A stretch of DNA of 47,960 nucleotides. Source: Dimargaris cristalligena (lineage: Eukaryota). Position 1 is the stretch's first letter, and each line of letters opens with the position of its first letter. The notes below the pieces were generated by a model. The model ran no database searches. It was given only the letters and a program-made list of their open reading frames with translations, and was not told the origin of the DNA. Shown here piece by piece: positions 1 through 13,394 of this stretch. The position numbers were made by a program, and so were the translations under genes. The stretch lies in assembly GCA_003614675.1 (NCBI GenBank), contig ML002283.1, forward strand, positions 1 through 47,960. Reading direction: 5' to 3'.

Positions 1-115
1 CTTGTCACTGCCCCTAACACTAGTAGCCCGCTTGGCCGTGTCCAACGCCCCGCCTACTGTTAGAAGCCTACCCCCGAGACTCTTGACGGACTAAGAGTGG
101 TTAATTCGGGCGACA
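1..115 (-). mobile_element. LTR-like repeat, copy 1 (truncated by window edge; CpG-rich)
   Basis: The reverse complement of 1-115 (TGTCGCCCGAATTAACCACTCTTAGTCCGTCAAGAGTCTCGGGGGTAGGCTTCTAACAGTAGGC...) aligns with the starts of the copies at 24056 and 46737. It begins with TG. Strand is relative to the other copies. Confidence 0.8.
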
Positions 116-899
116 TATTCCATACCCCCTTTATTAGTTAACTCAATCTATTAGATATCTCCTTTATTATTATCTATAAAGCACCATTCGCATCAACTGC
201 CTGTGTGTTATCTCTTGTAAACTTGTCCGAGGCGTAGCCCTTTAATTATTTCTTATATTATAGGCTATGACAAGTATTACCCACGAAAAGCTCGAACAGA
301 AAATATAAAACATAATAAAATATGAATACAAATCACCAGGAATAATAGGCAGTTATACTGGTTTGAAGTTTAAGTGGATTTATTCAAATATCCTAGAGAA
401 AAAATGTGGAGTAATTCAGTGGGGTATATATACAAAATGGTAAGACCAAAGAAACTATTACAAATTATTGAAGAACTCAAGGGCCATGGATTATAAAAAC
501 CTACGGTAGGGGAAAACTGATAAAAGCGCTAATATATGGTAATGCATGGATAAGAGTTATGAAAGATGACTGGAAGACCTGCAGGGTGGTGGTGGTCCTG
601 AGCCCCCTAAATGCCAGATATTGATAGGATGGATATAAAATAATTCATAAGCAAACGCTACCTGGTCCAATTCCTAAAAGATATTCACCAGACAACTGGT
701 AATTTCTAAGCCATGGTTAAAATGATTTAATGATGTCACTAAAATGGCAATTCGAAGTAGGCGATTATTGTTTGACAAAATCACCATCAACCTCGACTGG
801 CTATAACTTCGCCGAACAGTAGAGAAACCTAAAATTAAATGGCAGATACGGAAAACTGAAGAAAATAATAATCAACTTGTATAACGAGAATAATATGAT

Positions 900-2027
900 T
901 CCGACTTCAAGATTTTGCCATAGAATGGGACTGATAATTTCCGGTGATCTTGAACTCGTTCATATTACATCTTTAATTTGATACCCACATTGCCCATGGC
1001 AGTGCATTGAGTACATTTACATTAGGCTATTTGTAGCGGTATCACTAGGGATAAAACCCCTATTATATATCTTCATTGTGGTGATACAAATCAAGGTGGG
1101 CCAGTCGTGGACAGAAACACAATGCCCAATTGTTCTCCTACTCATCGAATTCTACAATTACACTCGCAGCGATTGAGGAGTAAACCCAACTAGGGCAGTA
1201 ACGTTTTCCAGGAGGGTACTGCCAAGAACCACTTCATGAAAAACTAGGCCAATAATTGGCTCAGCTATTTGGTGCTTCGGGCCACATGGTACTGTCCGAG
1301 GTGCCGCCGGGACCACGGGGCCATATGCAATAAGTACCCGCAACAGCACCATTGGGGTGCTGTAGACTTCTCGAACTGACTTGATTTCATCCTCCAGATA
1401 CCCAATCGCTGTATCCGGGAGGACGAGTCTCCACAGACTACGGTCGTTTTTGACTTGGGCTGGCCAACTAAGTACATCCCAGTGAATGGGTCCCTCCAGA
1501 ATCATGGTTTTGTTCGCATTTTTGGCTCCATGGGGCAAGCTCACCGGAACCGAATCGGGCCATGGATACATGTCGAACTTTGTGGATACGAGGACCACTA
1601 ATTTGAAATTTTTCACTAGTTGAATAGTCCGCCCTAAAAGGCGGACCAGTCGATTCAAGAGTGCGGGATTGTGCACCTCAACAACCAGACTTTCCAAGGG
1701 TAGTTAGGCGTCAATGCCAATGCCAAAAAAAGCACAAAAAAGAGGGTCGGTGGTGGCTTCGCTATCCAACACAAGGGTGATTTGCTGTATTTTATCCCGG
1801 TACTCGAAAAGAGTGCAATACATTTCGTGGGCGTTAGGGGAACTGGTTGCCACACTCATGTGTTGAAGGTCAGGGGGACGGGGGACTTGGGCTTGGACTT
1901 GACCGACCGAAGAAAATGATAGAATGTTCTTATTTGGGACATACTGGTTCAGCTGAGCCACGGAAGTAGAATGAACTTCGCTTGGTTGATAGCCGGGGCT
2001 AGAATGACCGGTAAGTTGGTTGGTCAT
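900..2027 (-). pseudogene. Probable degraded gene of unknown family
   Basis: ORFs 1704-2102 and 1158-1697 are in the same frame, separated by one TAA (1704-1706). First ATG at 2027. The frame continues below 1158 with further TAG/TAA/TGA stops. No recognised homology; 3' limit uncertain. Confidence 0.4.
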
Positions 2028-4949
2028 GTTGGAATCTATGTTGTTGTATAGATAAAGTATACCAAGCGTCGAAATGTATGCTAAGAGTTGCTGTATTAAC
2101 AAACGGGAAGTATTGGTTCCAGGTGTGAACAGGTGGTGGAATAGTCGAAAACGCGGTGGATATTACTGAGGTTGAAGGGGGTGGGGATTATTTAAAATTC
2201 GAGTGGTGTGTTAGTTGAGCAATAGTGGGTGTAGACAATAGATAACTAGGTGGGGTTGTTGATAGGTCTGGTAGAGGGGCCGGATGCTGCCTTTTTATCC
2301 TCTGCAATGCCAATTACCAAAGTACAGTAAGCCACAATACTAGTTCACATTTCGTGTCGCCTAGTTCGAGTAGGCCCAGCCATCAATTGGGGAAGCACCA
2401 AAAACTATGTCCTCCAAACGGCCATTGCGAAGCCCGGTCTAACCTGTAGCTTGGCTACTTAACCCTATTTGTCGACTATTTAGTAATTCCATAGCAAACT
2501 TGAAGTGATATTCTTTGTGGGCGGATTAACCGATCTTTGCAATCAGCAGCTGGTCTGGTCACCCCTTTGTTCAATCTAAAAGTAGCCAACGACGGCCGAT
2601 GGCTTTATTCCCAGAATCATCGACTTTGTTACCAACCTCCAAGTAAAATAAAGGCATTTTTTTTATATATTTGGAACCTACGACAATAACCTATCCATCA
2701 AAAACGGCGCCAGACCCATCAGTGGCTGCCCATTTAGAATATCCAAAGACAAAGTGGGTAAACAAATACTCTGGCCCAGATTCGGTTGGCGGAAAGTCCA
2801 ACGGTGGGAAAGAAAAAAATGGATTCCACCCCACCCTGACAATGGCGAAAATTCAATAGGCATTTCGTTGTTTGATATCTCGTCATTTGGGATTCGAGTA
2901 CTCCTCCCAAAGCCTCACCAGGTTCTCTCAAAATCTATAATCTTTTGTGTGAGGACTGTTGACTACTTTCAATGCTTTGCTAAACTGGGACCAACAATGA
3001 GTTCTCATCAAACTTGTCAATCGACCATGAAAATAATTATTATGCCGAATGCGACACCAGGTTGACCCTAAACACTCACACACTGGCCATCGATATAGGC
3101 ACTTGCAGTAGTGGTAACCTTCGCGTAGGCCCTTTGGAATAGTTCGCCGGTATTCGGCTAACCAAGACTACACTGTATAGCGACATGTCTTTCCTCTGCC
3201 TTAGGCAGCTGTGTCATCAACGACTAGAACTCCAGCGCCCCTATCTTTTGTCCGTGGGAGGGCACTCCCCCAGTCTTCTCTGCCCATGGTTTAACGGGGG
3301 ACATGGGCTGTACTGGAAGCAATGAATTGTTCATAATAAAGAGTCGGTCATTACTTATGCTTCGTATATTTGACTAGACGTGTGAATGTCTAATTAATTG
3401 AGGGCATGTTTAACATCGACATTGCTTGGCCCTGGTGCTGGGAACTATCGTAGTCATCATTGTATGTACATAGTTTTGTTTTGGTTGCCATGCCTACTGT
3501 ATTTGTTTGGGTGAAATTGGAAACTACATGTAGGTCGGGGTGATAATGCTAACTCCATCGAAAGCATGGTTTAACCAAGTATCGTCTAAATCAGGCGCTA
3601 AAAGTATCAACCAAGGATATGTGGCCGTGGTACCTGGCGGCCAGAGTTGGTTATAAAGTATTACCGCCGACATGTTAGGCACAGGTTCTAATCAAACTTA
3701 TTAATTGATTTCCAAAACCCCGGAAGGTGGGATTATTGACGACGTTTTAGTTTGCAATTTATGCGTATTGCGAGAGAGATCACGCTATTGTATTTCCTTA
3801 TAATACAATATCGTTAAATGAAGAGTGCATGGATCATGGGCATTAATGGTTGGAAAAGTTGGTATGGGTATAAGAAATGTATCAGATATTACCTGATAGA
3901 ATTATCTGAATAATACAAACAAAACCAATTCATTACCGTCCAATACATCAGAGCGCCTGTATATTTCAAGTGTTAGAATTATGAATCGATGGGCAATTGC
4001 AAAGTCTTTCTAAAGCAGCTTATAGAAAAATTTAATGAGAGAAACAACTGCAAGTGACATTGCTAGATGATCGCGGTTGGGTGGATTGAGTTAGGTAAAA
4101 GACATGAGCGGACTTAGGCCCAGTTGTATTGGGCTCTGAGTGATACTCGTATGGGAAAATGGGCGGGGGAATCATATAGAGCCAGGAAAATTTGCATCAT
4201 CTAATGGATGTTTTGTTATACACCTAAGTAAGCCTCTCCCATACCAATACTGAACAGTTTGTTATACTGGCTGCGATATATATGTATATATGGACACTTA
4301 AAGCTGCATGCTCAATGAAGCGGTTGGTTCTATATTTTTGAGAAGTTCTCACCATTGGATTGCGCTATACGTCTGTCTTTCCAACCGCATTGAACTTCAA
4401 ATTACATTAATGGCGGTACGATGAAAAGAGAAGTTTCAGTAGTGAGAAAAAAGCAGAGAACGGACAACCTCTTGCTACTCCTGCGACACGTTGTTGACCA
4501 ACCGAAGTTTGCTGGCCTTCTCCCGAGGCCTACCTAATGGCCAAAGAAAATGAATCCCTGTAAGAGAAGGATCGCCTTATATTATTACAACACCCCCTAC
4601 TACTGGTAGAATCACCTAGCTAAGAGGGGATCAGAAGAGGAAAAGGGAGGGTGAGAATAGGTTTAGGTGAGAGACATGGGCTGTACCCTATGTTGCTCTT
4701 CCTCGGATTGGTCAAGGGCATTTAATGGGTGATTGCTTTAAATGGAAGTATCCAAGGAAACGTACCCCACCTGACTTGGGCGCCATCTATTTGCTGTGGA
4801 TCTACGGGTTGAATCAATTTTCCCACCTCTCATCACTTCGCCTCTCTCCTTCACACTGCCAAAGTGCTCGCAATGTTGGGGACCTGTGTGTTGTGAACTT
4901 TATCTATATACCCACATACAAATCGCCTGACATCTGTGCGATATCCCCC

Positions 4950-4977
4950 CCACACACACTCACACACACACACACAC
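4950..4977. repeat. (CA)n microsatellite, interrupted
   Basis: cacacacactcacacacacacacacac seen directly. Confidence 0.85.
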
Positions 4978-6165
4978 TCTTCCCGCCGGGAGTTTCGGTT
5001 CCATTTAATCGACCACGTCGAATTCGTGGACTATTTGTCGGTCCCATTTTTGGTGTACAATTAAAGAAGCGCCCACCTGGGATATTGAATGAAGCCTGGT
5101 ACATATTACTGGCTCTTCGGGCCCGCTACTTGGTAATGGTGGTGGGTGGTAAGTCATTCTACTTAGCCTGCCAAATGATCTACAGTACCAGCTGCAGGGT
5201 TCACATAGTATATAAGATGTTCGCTTATTTTATCGAGCAGGGGGAGGAGGGAAGATGTAGTAACAGAGCGTCTTGTTGGTGGAATATGTTAACTGTAATC
5301 AAAAAATATATTACGTCTCTTTCGTACACCCCCTACATAAACCTAACGTCATGATATGTGTACTTCGCCATAGCGGACTTGACTAATGACAGTGTAGCAT
5401 TGCTTTAAACCGTTGGTATTCAGTCGGCATATGTGTGATATATCCATAGTACATGACATGGTTACATTTAAATCGAGTAGTCACTGAGCTATCGGGTTAA
5501 AACCTACCCAAAGCAATGAACAAAATTGAATGCTGTGCGTTGATATCATCGTGACATAGCAACCAAAATGTTGGCGAATACTGGGTGCCGACGGATACAA
5601 TTTAATGCAAACTCTATCTCCAACTACTTCGCGCTTTAGTTCAAATAGTAGATAGTATACTGGTCTGCGCCTTGCATATCCAATGAACATTTTTAGACCC
5701 ACACAGTGATGCCCATATATACCCAGCCAATTCGCAAGTCCACAAGTGTACACCCACACCTCCTTGTCCCATTTTGTTTTAAGCCTGCTCTGTGCCCTTG
5801 CTCTGAAGATGGGGGGGGGGGGCTGATGATAGAAAGCCAGCTATCGTAATCTCTGTTCCCAGGTCGCTTCGGTCGGAGACTGGTGTGGTCAATCGCCGCC
5901 ATTCTCGCTCAATTTTCCCAGCCAATAGATAAGAAGATACAGGACTGCTTCTAGGGCTGTTGAACACCCCCTCGTATCATTGGTAGATGGTCACCTGGTC
6001 AGGGAAAGGAACGACACGCCCCCTCTTAACGCACGTTGATGACCATTTCTGGTATACGGTTACAGGAGGGGAGGAGTAAAACGAGGCATATCTCACTCAT
6101 AGTTTGAAATGCGCGTAGAGGGGGGGTAACGAAATTAACTCCAGTTAGTCGTATTAATCATTAGG

Positions 6166-6173
6166 TATAAATA
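6166..6173 (+). promoter_or_regulatory. Putative TATA box of the acyl-CoA synthetase gene
   Basis: TATAAATA ~130 nt upstream of ATG 6302, followed by a pyrimidine-rich leader. Confidence 0.45.
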
Positions 6174-6301
6174 GACGACTGGATCCTCGTCACCTGAACC
6201 CGATATATCATCTACTATTCCCTTATTTTCCACTTTGGCCTTAACTTCGCTATCCTCAACCCACACCCCGCTCAGTCCTCTATTGTATCAGTTAAGCCAC
6301 G

Positions 6302-8281
6302 ATGAGCCACCGCCTCCTTACGCTTTCCTCCGCCCCACGGCTCATGTCCCGCCGTCTGGCGCCCACCACCCGACTGGCGGCGGCTTCTCGATTTGCCGCC
6401 CGTCGGGCCCTGACCCCGGGGTATCTTTCCCCGACGGTTCTCCACCGTTCGTTGACCATCACGCCCACCCGTCCTAGCGGGGCGGCTGAAGCCAGCGTTG
6501 CCGCCAGTAGTAGTGCCCCGTTTACCTCACCCGAACCAACAGCCCTACGGTTATCCCACGTCAAAGGCGATGCCGCGTTTCCCCTCCAAGAGTATACCCT
6601 CGGCGAGGCGTTTGACCGGCAGGTGGAGCTATTCCCGGACAGTACCGCCATTGTGGTGTCCCACGAAAACGCCCGACTGACTTACCAGGAACTGGCCCGC
6701 GAGGTAGACCAGATGGCCCAGGCCCTCTACGACCATGGCCTGCGGCCCGGCGACTGTGTTGGCGTGTTCATGCCCAATACCTTGGCCTGGATGGTTTTGC
6801 AGTACGCCACAACCAAAATCGGCGTGATTTTGGCGACCATCAACCCGGCCTACCGGGTGGGCGAACTGGAACACGCCCTGAATCTCGTCAATTGTAAAAC
6901 CCTAGTACTGACCCCGTCCTTCCGTTCCTCCAACTACATCAACATGATCCAGGAGTTAGTCCCGGAGGTAGCCCAGTTGTCCTCACCTGCCCCCAACGGG
7001 GAAGGTGCGGTGGCCCTCCAGAGCGCCCGAGTCCCTTCCCTCCGGTCCATTTTCGTGGTGGACGAGTCGGCGAAATCGGGAGCTGCGGCCGGGCCCGAAT
7101 GGCGGCACTTGCCGGGGTTGGCCGATTACCAAACGCTGCGACACGCTTCGCACCAGTCGGCGACCCGCGCGGCCATCGCCCAACTGCCCCTGCGGAATTC
7201 GGACGTGGCCAACATTCTCTTCACCTCGGGAACCACGGGTAAACCCAAGGCCGCGGCCCTCACCCACCGTAACCTGCTCAATAACGCCCTTCTCACCGCC
7301 CACACTCTAGGGTACACCCACCGGGACGTGGTGTGCTGTCCTTTACCGCTGTACCACTGTTTCGGTCTGGTGCTGGGAAACTTGGCCTGCATGACCCAGG
7401 GGGCCACCATGGTGTTCCCTAGTCCGGTATTTGAGGCCCAAGCCGTTTTAACCGCCGTGACTAAGGAGCGGTGCACCTCGCTGTACGGGGTTCCCACGAT
7501 GTTTATCGAGGAAATGGCCCACCCCGACTTTGCTTCATTCGATCTGTCCAGCCTGCGCACGGGTATCATGTCCGGCAGTTCGTGTCCCATTGAAGTGATG
7601 CGGGAGGTGATTGAGAAAATGCACATGCGGGAGGTGGTCATTGGCTACGGTATGACCGAAACCAGCCCCATTTCGTTCTTTACCCGCCGCGACGACCCTA
7701 TTGAAAAGCGGGTCTCGACCGTGGGTCGTGTGGTCTCCCACGTCGAAGCGAAGATCATTGATGCCGCCACGGGAGCCACTTTACCCACCGGGGAGAAGGG
7801 CGAACTCTGCATCAACGGGAGTGGTGTGATGCAGGGCTACTGGAACGACCCCGTGAACACCGCCAAGAGCATAGATGGCGAAGGGTGGATGCATACGGGC
7901 GATCTCGCCATCATGGATCCGGACGGGTTCTGCCGCATCGTGGGCCGGTCCAAAGATGTCATCATCCGGGGCGGCGAGAATATCATGCCGCTGGAAATCG
8001 AAAACGTGCTCTTTGAACACCCCGCCATCTCCAATGTCCTGGTGGTGGGGGTACCCGACGCCAAGTACGGCGAACAAATCTGCGCCTGCGTTATCCCCGT
8101 AGACTCCCAGACTCCCGTCACTCTGGAATCCATCAAGGACTTCTGCCGTGACAAAATGTCCCACTATAAAATGCCCCGGTATACCTTGACCTTCCACGAA
8201 TTCCCCCAAACCGTCTCGGGTAAAATTAAGCGGAACGAGCTGAGCGTGCTCGCTGCGGAGCAGCTTCAGCTCAAGAAATAA
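6302..8281 (+). CDS. AMP-dependent acyl-CoA synthetase (ACSF2-like), probably mitochondrial; intronless, 659 aa
   Basis: ANL-superfamily motifs [30 protein letters not shown] and PQTVSGKI. The N-terminus is R/S/L/A-rich and lacks acidic residues, like a mitochondrial presequence. Confidence 0.93.
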   Translation: MSHRLLTLSSAPRLMSRRLAPTTRLAAASRFAARRALTPGYLSPTVLHRSLTITPTRPSGAAEASVAASSSAPFTSPEPTALRLSHVKGDAAFPLQEYTLGEAFDRQVELFPDSTAIVVSHENARLTYQELAREVDQMAQALYDHGLRPGDCVGVFMPNTLAWMVLQYATTKIGVILATINPAYRVGELEHALNLVNCKTLVLTPSFRSSNYINMIQELVPEVAQLSSPAPNGEGAVALQSARVPSLRSIFVVDESAKSGAAAGPEWRHLPGLADYQTLRHASHQSATRAAIAQLPLRNSDVANILFTSGTTGKPKAAALTHRNLLNNALLTAHTLGYTHRDVVCCPLPLYHCFGLVLGNLACMTQGATMVFPSPVFEAQAVLTAVTKERCTSLYGVPTMFIEEMAHPDFASFDLSSLRTGIMSGSSCPIEVMREVIEKMHMREVVIGYGMTETSPISFFTRRDDPIEKRVSTVGRVVSHVEAKIIDAATGATLPTGEKGELCINGSGVMQGYWNDPVNTAKSIDGEGWMHTGDLAIMDPDGFCRIVGRSKDVIIRGGENIMPLEIENVLFEHPAISNVLVVGVPDAKYGEQICACVIPVDSQTPVTLESIKDFCRDKMSHYKMPRYTLTFHEFPQTVSGKIKRNELSVLAAEQLQLKK

Positions 8282-11006
8282 ACCTCAACCGGGGCCATCT
8301 CCCCCACTAACTAAGCCCAGGAGAGAGCGGCGCTCCTTAACGTTGTGGCTATTCCGTGACGGTGTACTTATTGGGTATATATCACGTCACTGAAACCCGT
8401 TTCTTACTCGTATCCTCCATCGCCTCGCATCCAAACCAGGGGGCGGTGGTTCGCTTTTCCGCTTAACTGCGTGTGAGCCCCTCGCTTATGGACTTTGCTG
8501 CATACTGTACTGGTTTAATCCGGTTTTTAAACCAGAATCCTCTGCTTATATTTCTCTAGTTTTACATTGTATTCGGCTCTACAGCACCGAATCTATTAAT
8601 CACCTGGTTTTGTATGTTCCCGCCTTACTCGTTAGTATTCTGAATCGTATGTTATTTTACCATGTATTTATTACCTTCCCTCATCACTGTTTTAAGATAA
8701 ATTAATAAACTCGCATCACGTTTAGAAACGCAGCAGGCAATCAGCTATATAGGAGGTTGGTTTGTAACTCAGCAATCAACATTGGTATTTTTGGTTGGTT
8801 TTATATATCAATTGTCGATGGCACGGCAGCTCTTGTAGACTTGGTATATTTATGGGCAGTTTAGGGCTACGTTGGATTTGAATAACCGGATATATCAATG
8901 TTTAATATTAAAGTAGCTAATTCGAATTTACGGGAACAAGACAATTGGGAATATCTGGGTCCCATTTTTTTCTATGTATGTCGAGTATTATTATCAGGTA
9001 AATTTTATAACATCCCTCAAGCAGGCGGTAATGGATAGGCAATATGTAAGGATCTATTCTAACTGTATACACATGGCGGCTGGCCAAGGTTTATTTAAAA
9101 TTCGCGGTGCCTATTTTGTTTAATGGGGAGGGGAAGGGTGCATTAAACTAACTATGGGCAGCCCTTACTATAAAGACAGTCCGGAAAAATGGTGGGAAAT
9201 AGACTGGACCAGCATTAATTATTACCGCCCCTATTTAACCGGAACCCTATTGTAGAAGGCACAGTAGGAAGCATAAGTCTAGGAATGTTAGACAAAAAAA
9301 TCCAGCCCTTGGCACCCTGCAGCCAAGGTCTGAAGTTCTATGATCGGACACAGCGTTAAAGTACGTATAGCTACATAAACAATAGTGATGCTGGGGTTTC
9401 AAGCAGACTACGTACAATCGAAATGCCCGGCAAGATGCCATTTAGTGGTTATTGTATTTGAATTAATCCCACTTTAGTGATGATTATGCCCGTATTTAGA
9501 ACTGCGGGTTATGTTAACATAGTGCTCTATTTTTTGATAGCCTATCCCACTCGATTGAATGGGACATTCTTTAGCGAGCGCAGTAGGATTTACATTTTCA
9601 ATATCCATTTTACATTGAAAATAGTCTACTCGAAGTCATATGCTGCACAGTTCTAGATCGATGACAATCCACTGTTATTTGCCTGAGGGATCGGCCCATT
9701 CGCGGAAGGAGATTACCAACTAATTAAAACCGCTATTGATAAAATCTTCAGAATTAATTTGTATTGGTTTAGAAAGCATTGGAAAATGGGTGTATGAAGT
9801 TGGGTGAGGCGAGTACTGCTCATGATAGGGGGGACGTCCTCAGATAGTTCTCGGACAATAAAAGTAGACCCAGTTTGACCAGCCTAGGTGGTATGGGATT
9901 GTGAGAGGGGCTAGTTAAATGGATGGACAATCTTCTTAAAACCATTTGGGCCGGCCCTTGTTATTCCACCAAGCAGCATAATCAACACGCACCACCTCCT
10001 GACCCGGGACTAGCAGGGTGTCCTGGCTGCGTGGGACTACACCAAACCAATCCAATCCAAAAAAAAACACAACAGAATTACCAATTTATACCGTAAGGGT
10101 CATTGTGGGGTCGCGACGTTTAAAAGACGGTACCTGTAATAATGAAGAACTACCAGACAATAGCCTGGATTGCCCCCCCGATATGGTTATCATCCCGACT
10201 AAACCGTGGTAAAATCCACGCCAAGGTCTGAGCCCCCTCCTCATGAACCTCCGCCACCTGACCAAGCAGGCTGCGTGAGACGCTACTGCGTGGTTCTTTC
10301 GATATATTTTTCCGTTGTTTTTACCCCATACCCAGCTGGCACCTGCTTGGCAATATTAGGTTAGGGAGGGTGTCAACATTGGGAGTGATAAAAGGCAAAT
10401 GTTTATGCGGTCATATGTGGTCAAGTAAATCCCGTATAAAGCGGCTATTACGACATCTAATACCCCGGCCGGCAAGGATTCTGTGTTCTTTTAGTCGAAT
10501 TTCCAATCGTCTAATTATATGAAATATTTTGAACTAACTCTCCCAGTGTATATTTTTTCAGAATTAGACAGGGCGTCTCAAACGAATAGCCCTGGTCCTC
10601 TATTCCATTGCATAACTGGCTCGCTCCCACTCTGGTTCATTAGCACATCCATGGTACATTGGGGACTGCAGGCGTATGGGTAAATGATGTATGCCAGGCA
10701 GTCTAAGGGAGATACTCGAGTGGGGGGGAGGGGGGGATGTACCAAGACCACCGGTACTTGTAGGTGTGAAGAAGCACCAAACGATTGGCTAGAAATATGA
10801 ACGAATTCCAGGGTTGCAGGGAGGTGCAGGCAGCTACAGTTGGACCATAATCGAATGATTTCTACTTCTCTAATGGTGTAGGAAATGCCTTGGCTATATT
10901 GGCCACGGGTACTTGGGTCCAGGGTTGGAGGGCACTCAGCCACCCGAACTAGGTCGCCGGAATACAGAGTAATGCTGTATATTAATATCTTGTCGGGGGA
11001 GTGTCG

Positions 11007-11030
11007 ATATATATATATATATATATATAT
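11007..11030. repeat. (AT)n microsatellite
   Basis: About 12 AT units seen directly. Confidence 0.9.
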
Positions 11031-11909
11031 TATATCAATGGGTTACATTACATTGCGTAATTAGGCCATTTCGGCCATTTAATGGAATCCGTTGTTACGA
11101 TTACGGGTGTGCATTTCTATTTACCAGCCCTACGACTCCGACCCTTCCAGGTGGCTATTCCAACGTCCATTTCCCGATGCATCCCCCCCCCTCCCGCCTA
11201 ATCCAGCTCGCTCTTTTCAACACCCGCCGTACTGCTCATGAGTAGACTGTTGCATAGTATTGGGTAGATGATACCCGTGGTGGAGGTGATAATGCAGGCC
11301 GGGAGAAATCAAAACAGGGATTCCAGCGGTACATTCCACGCCTTGTCTATCCATTGGCTGTGCTTCCGGGAAGGGAAAGGGGAACCCGCTGGTAATAACG
11401 GTGGGAAAGTGACACTGCTTTCCACTTTGCAATGTTTGGCTGCTGTGTAGGATCATTACCGGTTGTTTATATGAAATGAGTGAGAGATTCGTAAGGCTCA
11501 CTGGATGCAGCGGTTGCTAATCGGAATGTAAATATATGAAGGCACCTAAATAATGGGGAATGTCCCTCTTATGGCCGTACCCAGACTCCGGTCTGGTCGA
11601 TTCAAGAATGGCCTACATTCAGCTTCATCCGCGGGATGGTGGGGACTAATAGTTATTTTCCCTCATGACGGGGAGGGAGGGAGTAGGGGGGCAATTAACG
11701 GCCGTAGTAGAGGGTATGGTTCTATGGACACGCACTATTATTAATTCGCAGTAATTAAAGGAAAGGGGGTGTGGAGGTGGTTGTATTCCCAGAAGGAACG
11801 CAAACAATACATTTTGGGTCACGATGGACAAGCCCTGTCCACGGTTTCCGTTCCCCCGACTCCTGGCCCCAGTCCAAATAGCATGGCCTTAGTATAAATG
11901 TATAAACCG

Positions 11910-11970
11910 AATAATAATATTAATGATAATAACAATAATAGTAGTAGTATTGGTAGTAATGGTAGTAGCA
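11910..11970. repeat. Degenerate trinucleotide low-complexity tract (AAT grading to AGT/GGT)
   Basis: ataataatattaatgataataacaataatagtagtagtattggtagtaatggtagtagca. Confidence 0.75.
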
Positions 11971-13374
11971 GAAGGGGAGGGCTATAGTACTAGCGGAACC
12001 CATTGCTGCTAACAGCGTGGGTCGCAGGGAAATAAAGAATGAGTCAAGATAGGGGAGAACACATGAGAAGGCCCCCAAGCCCCATTCGCCCCAACCCAAC
12101 CCCGCCCCCTCCTCCTCATCGGGACGGTCGCCCCAACCCAACTGTCCCCAGCGTGGTCACGCTGGCCGCCCAAAAGGTGGTAACCTGCAGCGCTATTCAT
12201 TTGCAAATTTGGCCCTGGCAATCTGCGGTGTTTCCTTTAACCCCTTGGATACACCCACCCATCGTGGTTATATGGACTAGTCGACCCGCAGGTTCATCTG
12301 GGACAAACGGACTGGATTTTATCGGGGTGAATTGGGTTCCCCTTTTGCATGCCCCGCTTAGTAGGTTTTCGCTTCTGCTGCCCTATACCGAACAGTCGCC
12401 GCTGGGATTTAACTGAACAGGAGGAGGAGGAGCACCCAGCGCTCATTTGGCGCCGTTCGGACGTAGACCGTTTGGGCGGTGGACCAATGGTTGCAGGGGT
12501 TTAGCCTGGATATAATGCTCGAAATGGAATGTTTATGTGAAAAAAGGCGAAATTAAAATATAAATCGATATATAAAGCGGGAAAAGCCACACATGTTCAT
12601 ATACATATATACAGTACTAATAGGGCCATGGGGTTTAGGGTAGTAATGGGGAATAAGCCTGGGGACAGTGCCCAGAAGTCGCCCCCCTCCCTTCCCAGCT
12701 GCAGCCTGCCTTGGAGGTAGTTAGTTTATGGTCAAGGCTTTTCAGATTCGCGCAGTTTAGGTGTTTCACATATTCTTGCCCTTTTGGGGACGGGATCCGC
12801 TCTTTGTTGATGTCGGGGTTTGAATACGGTGGGTTGCGTATAATAGAAATAGAATAGGAATAGGAGTAGGAATAATAATAGGAACAGGGTTTCTCAGCGC
12901 CCATGGGCCCTACCGGGCTCGGTGGTGGGAACGGTACAGTGGCATTGTTTAGATCCGAGGGTCTGTCGGCGAGGGTTAATAATATCCTCGCATATCCTCC
13001 ATACCACATAGACATGGTAGTAGTACCAGGAGGACTTGGTTATATCGTCTGGGGGTTTTTTATATTGCCGTGCAGCCGCTTCGGTGAGTCTGCCTATACT
13101 ACCACTCCATTTCTGTATATGCTGCTGCATACAATCAGCTGTGTTTATAGCCTCTGAATTGATCCTATTTCTCCCCCTCACTGACTCTTCCTCTCTCTCT
13201 CTTTCTTGCTTTCTCTCCTGTATCTTTAGTTTCTTCCTTTCCTCGTTTAGCCTATTTTTATTATTCCGGCGCTCGTCAAGGCGCTCGGTCTTTTGCAACG
13301 ACTTCCTCCTCCTCTTCACTCACTTGCTGCTTAAACGCCTTCACTAACCGGTTATCTACCCCTTCTTATGGTTT

Positions 13375-13394
13375 GAACGAACGAACGAACGAAC
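13375..13394. repeat. (GAAC)5 tetranucleotide repeat
   Basis: gaacgaacgaacgaacgaac. Confidence 0.85.

Noticed and set aside
1158-1706. Stop-codon reassignment or programmed readthrough
   Set aside because: Conserved genes here end normally at TAA/TAG; multiple downstream stops fit decay better
4725-5354. 209-aa ORF
   Set aside because: Runs through a CA microsatellite, has no motifs and lacks the codon bias of the real genes
6302-8281. Horizontal transfer of the intronless, GC-rich synthetase
   Set aside because: NIPA, COQ1 and TAN1 are also intronless and GC-rich, and it has a mitochondrial-type presequence; a phylogeny would be needed
12474-12530. tRNA-like start (GGGCGGTGGACCAATGGTT)
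   Set aside because: No T-loop GTTCRA, acceptor stem or cloverleaf
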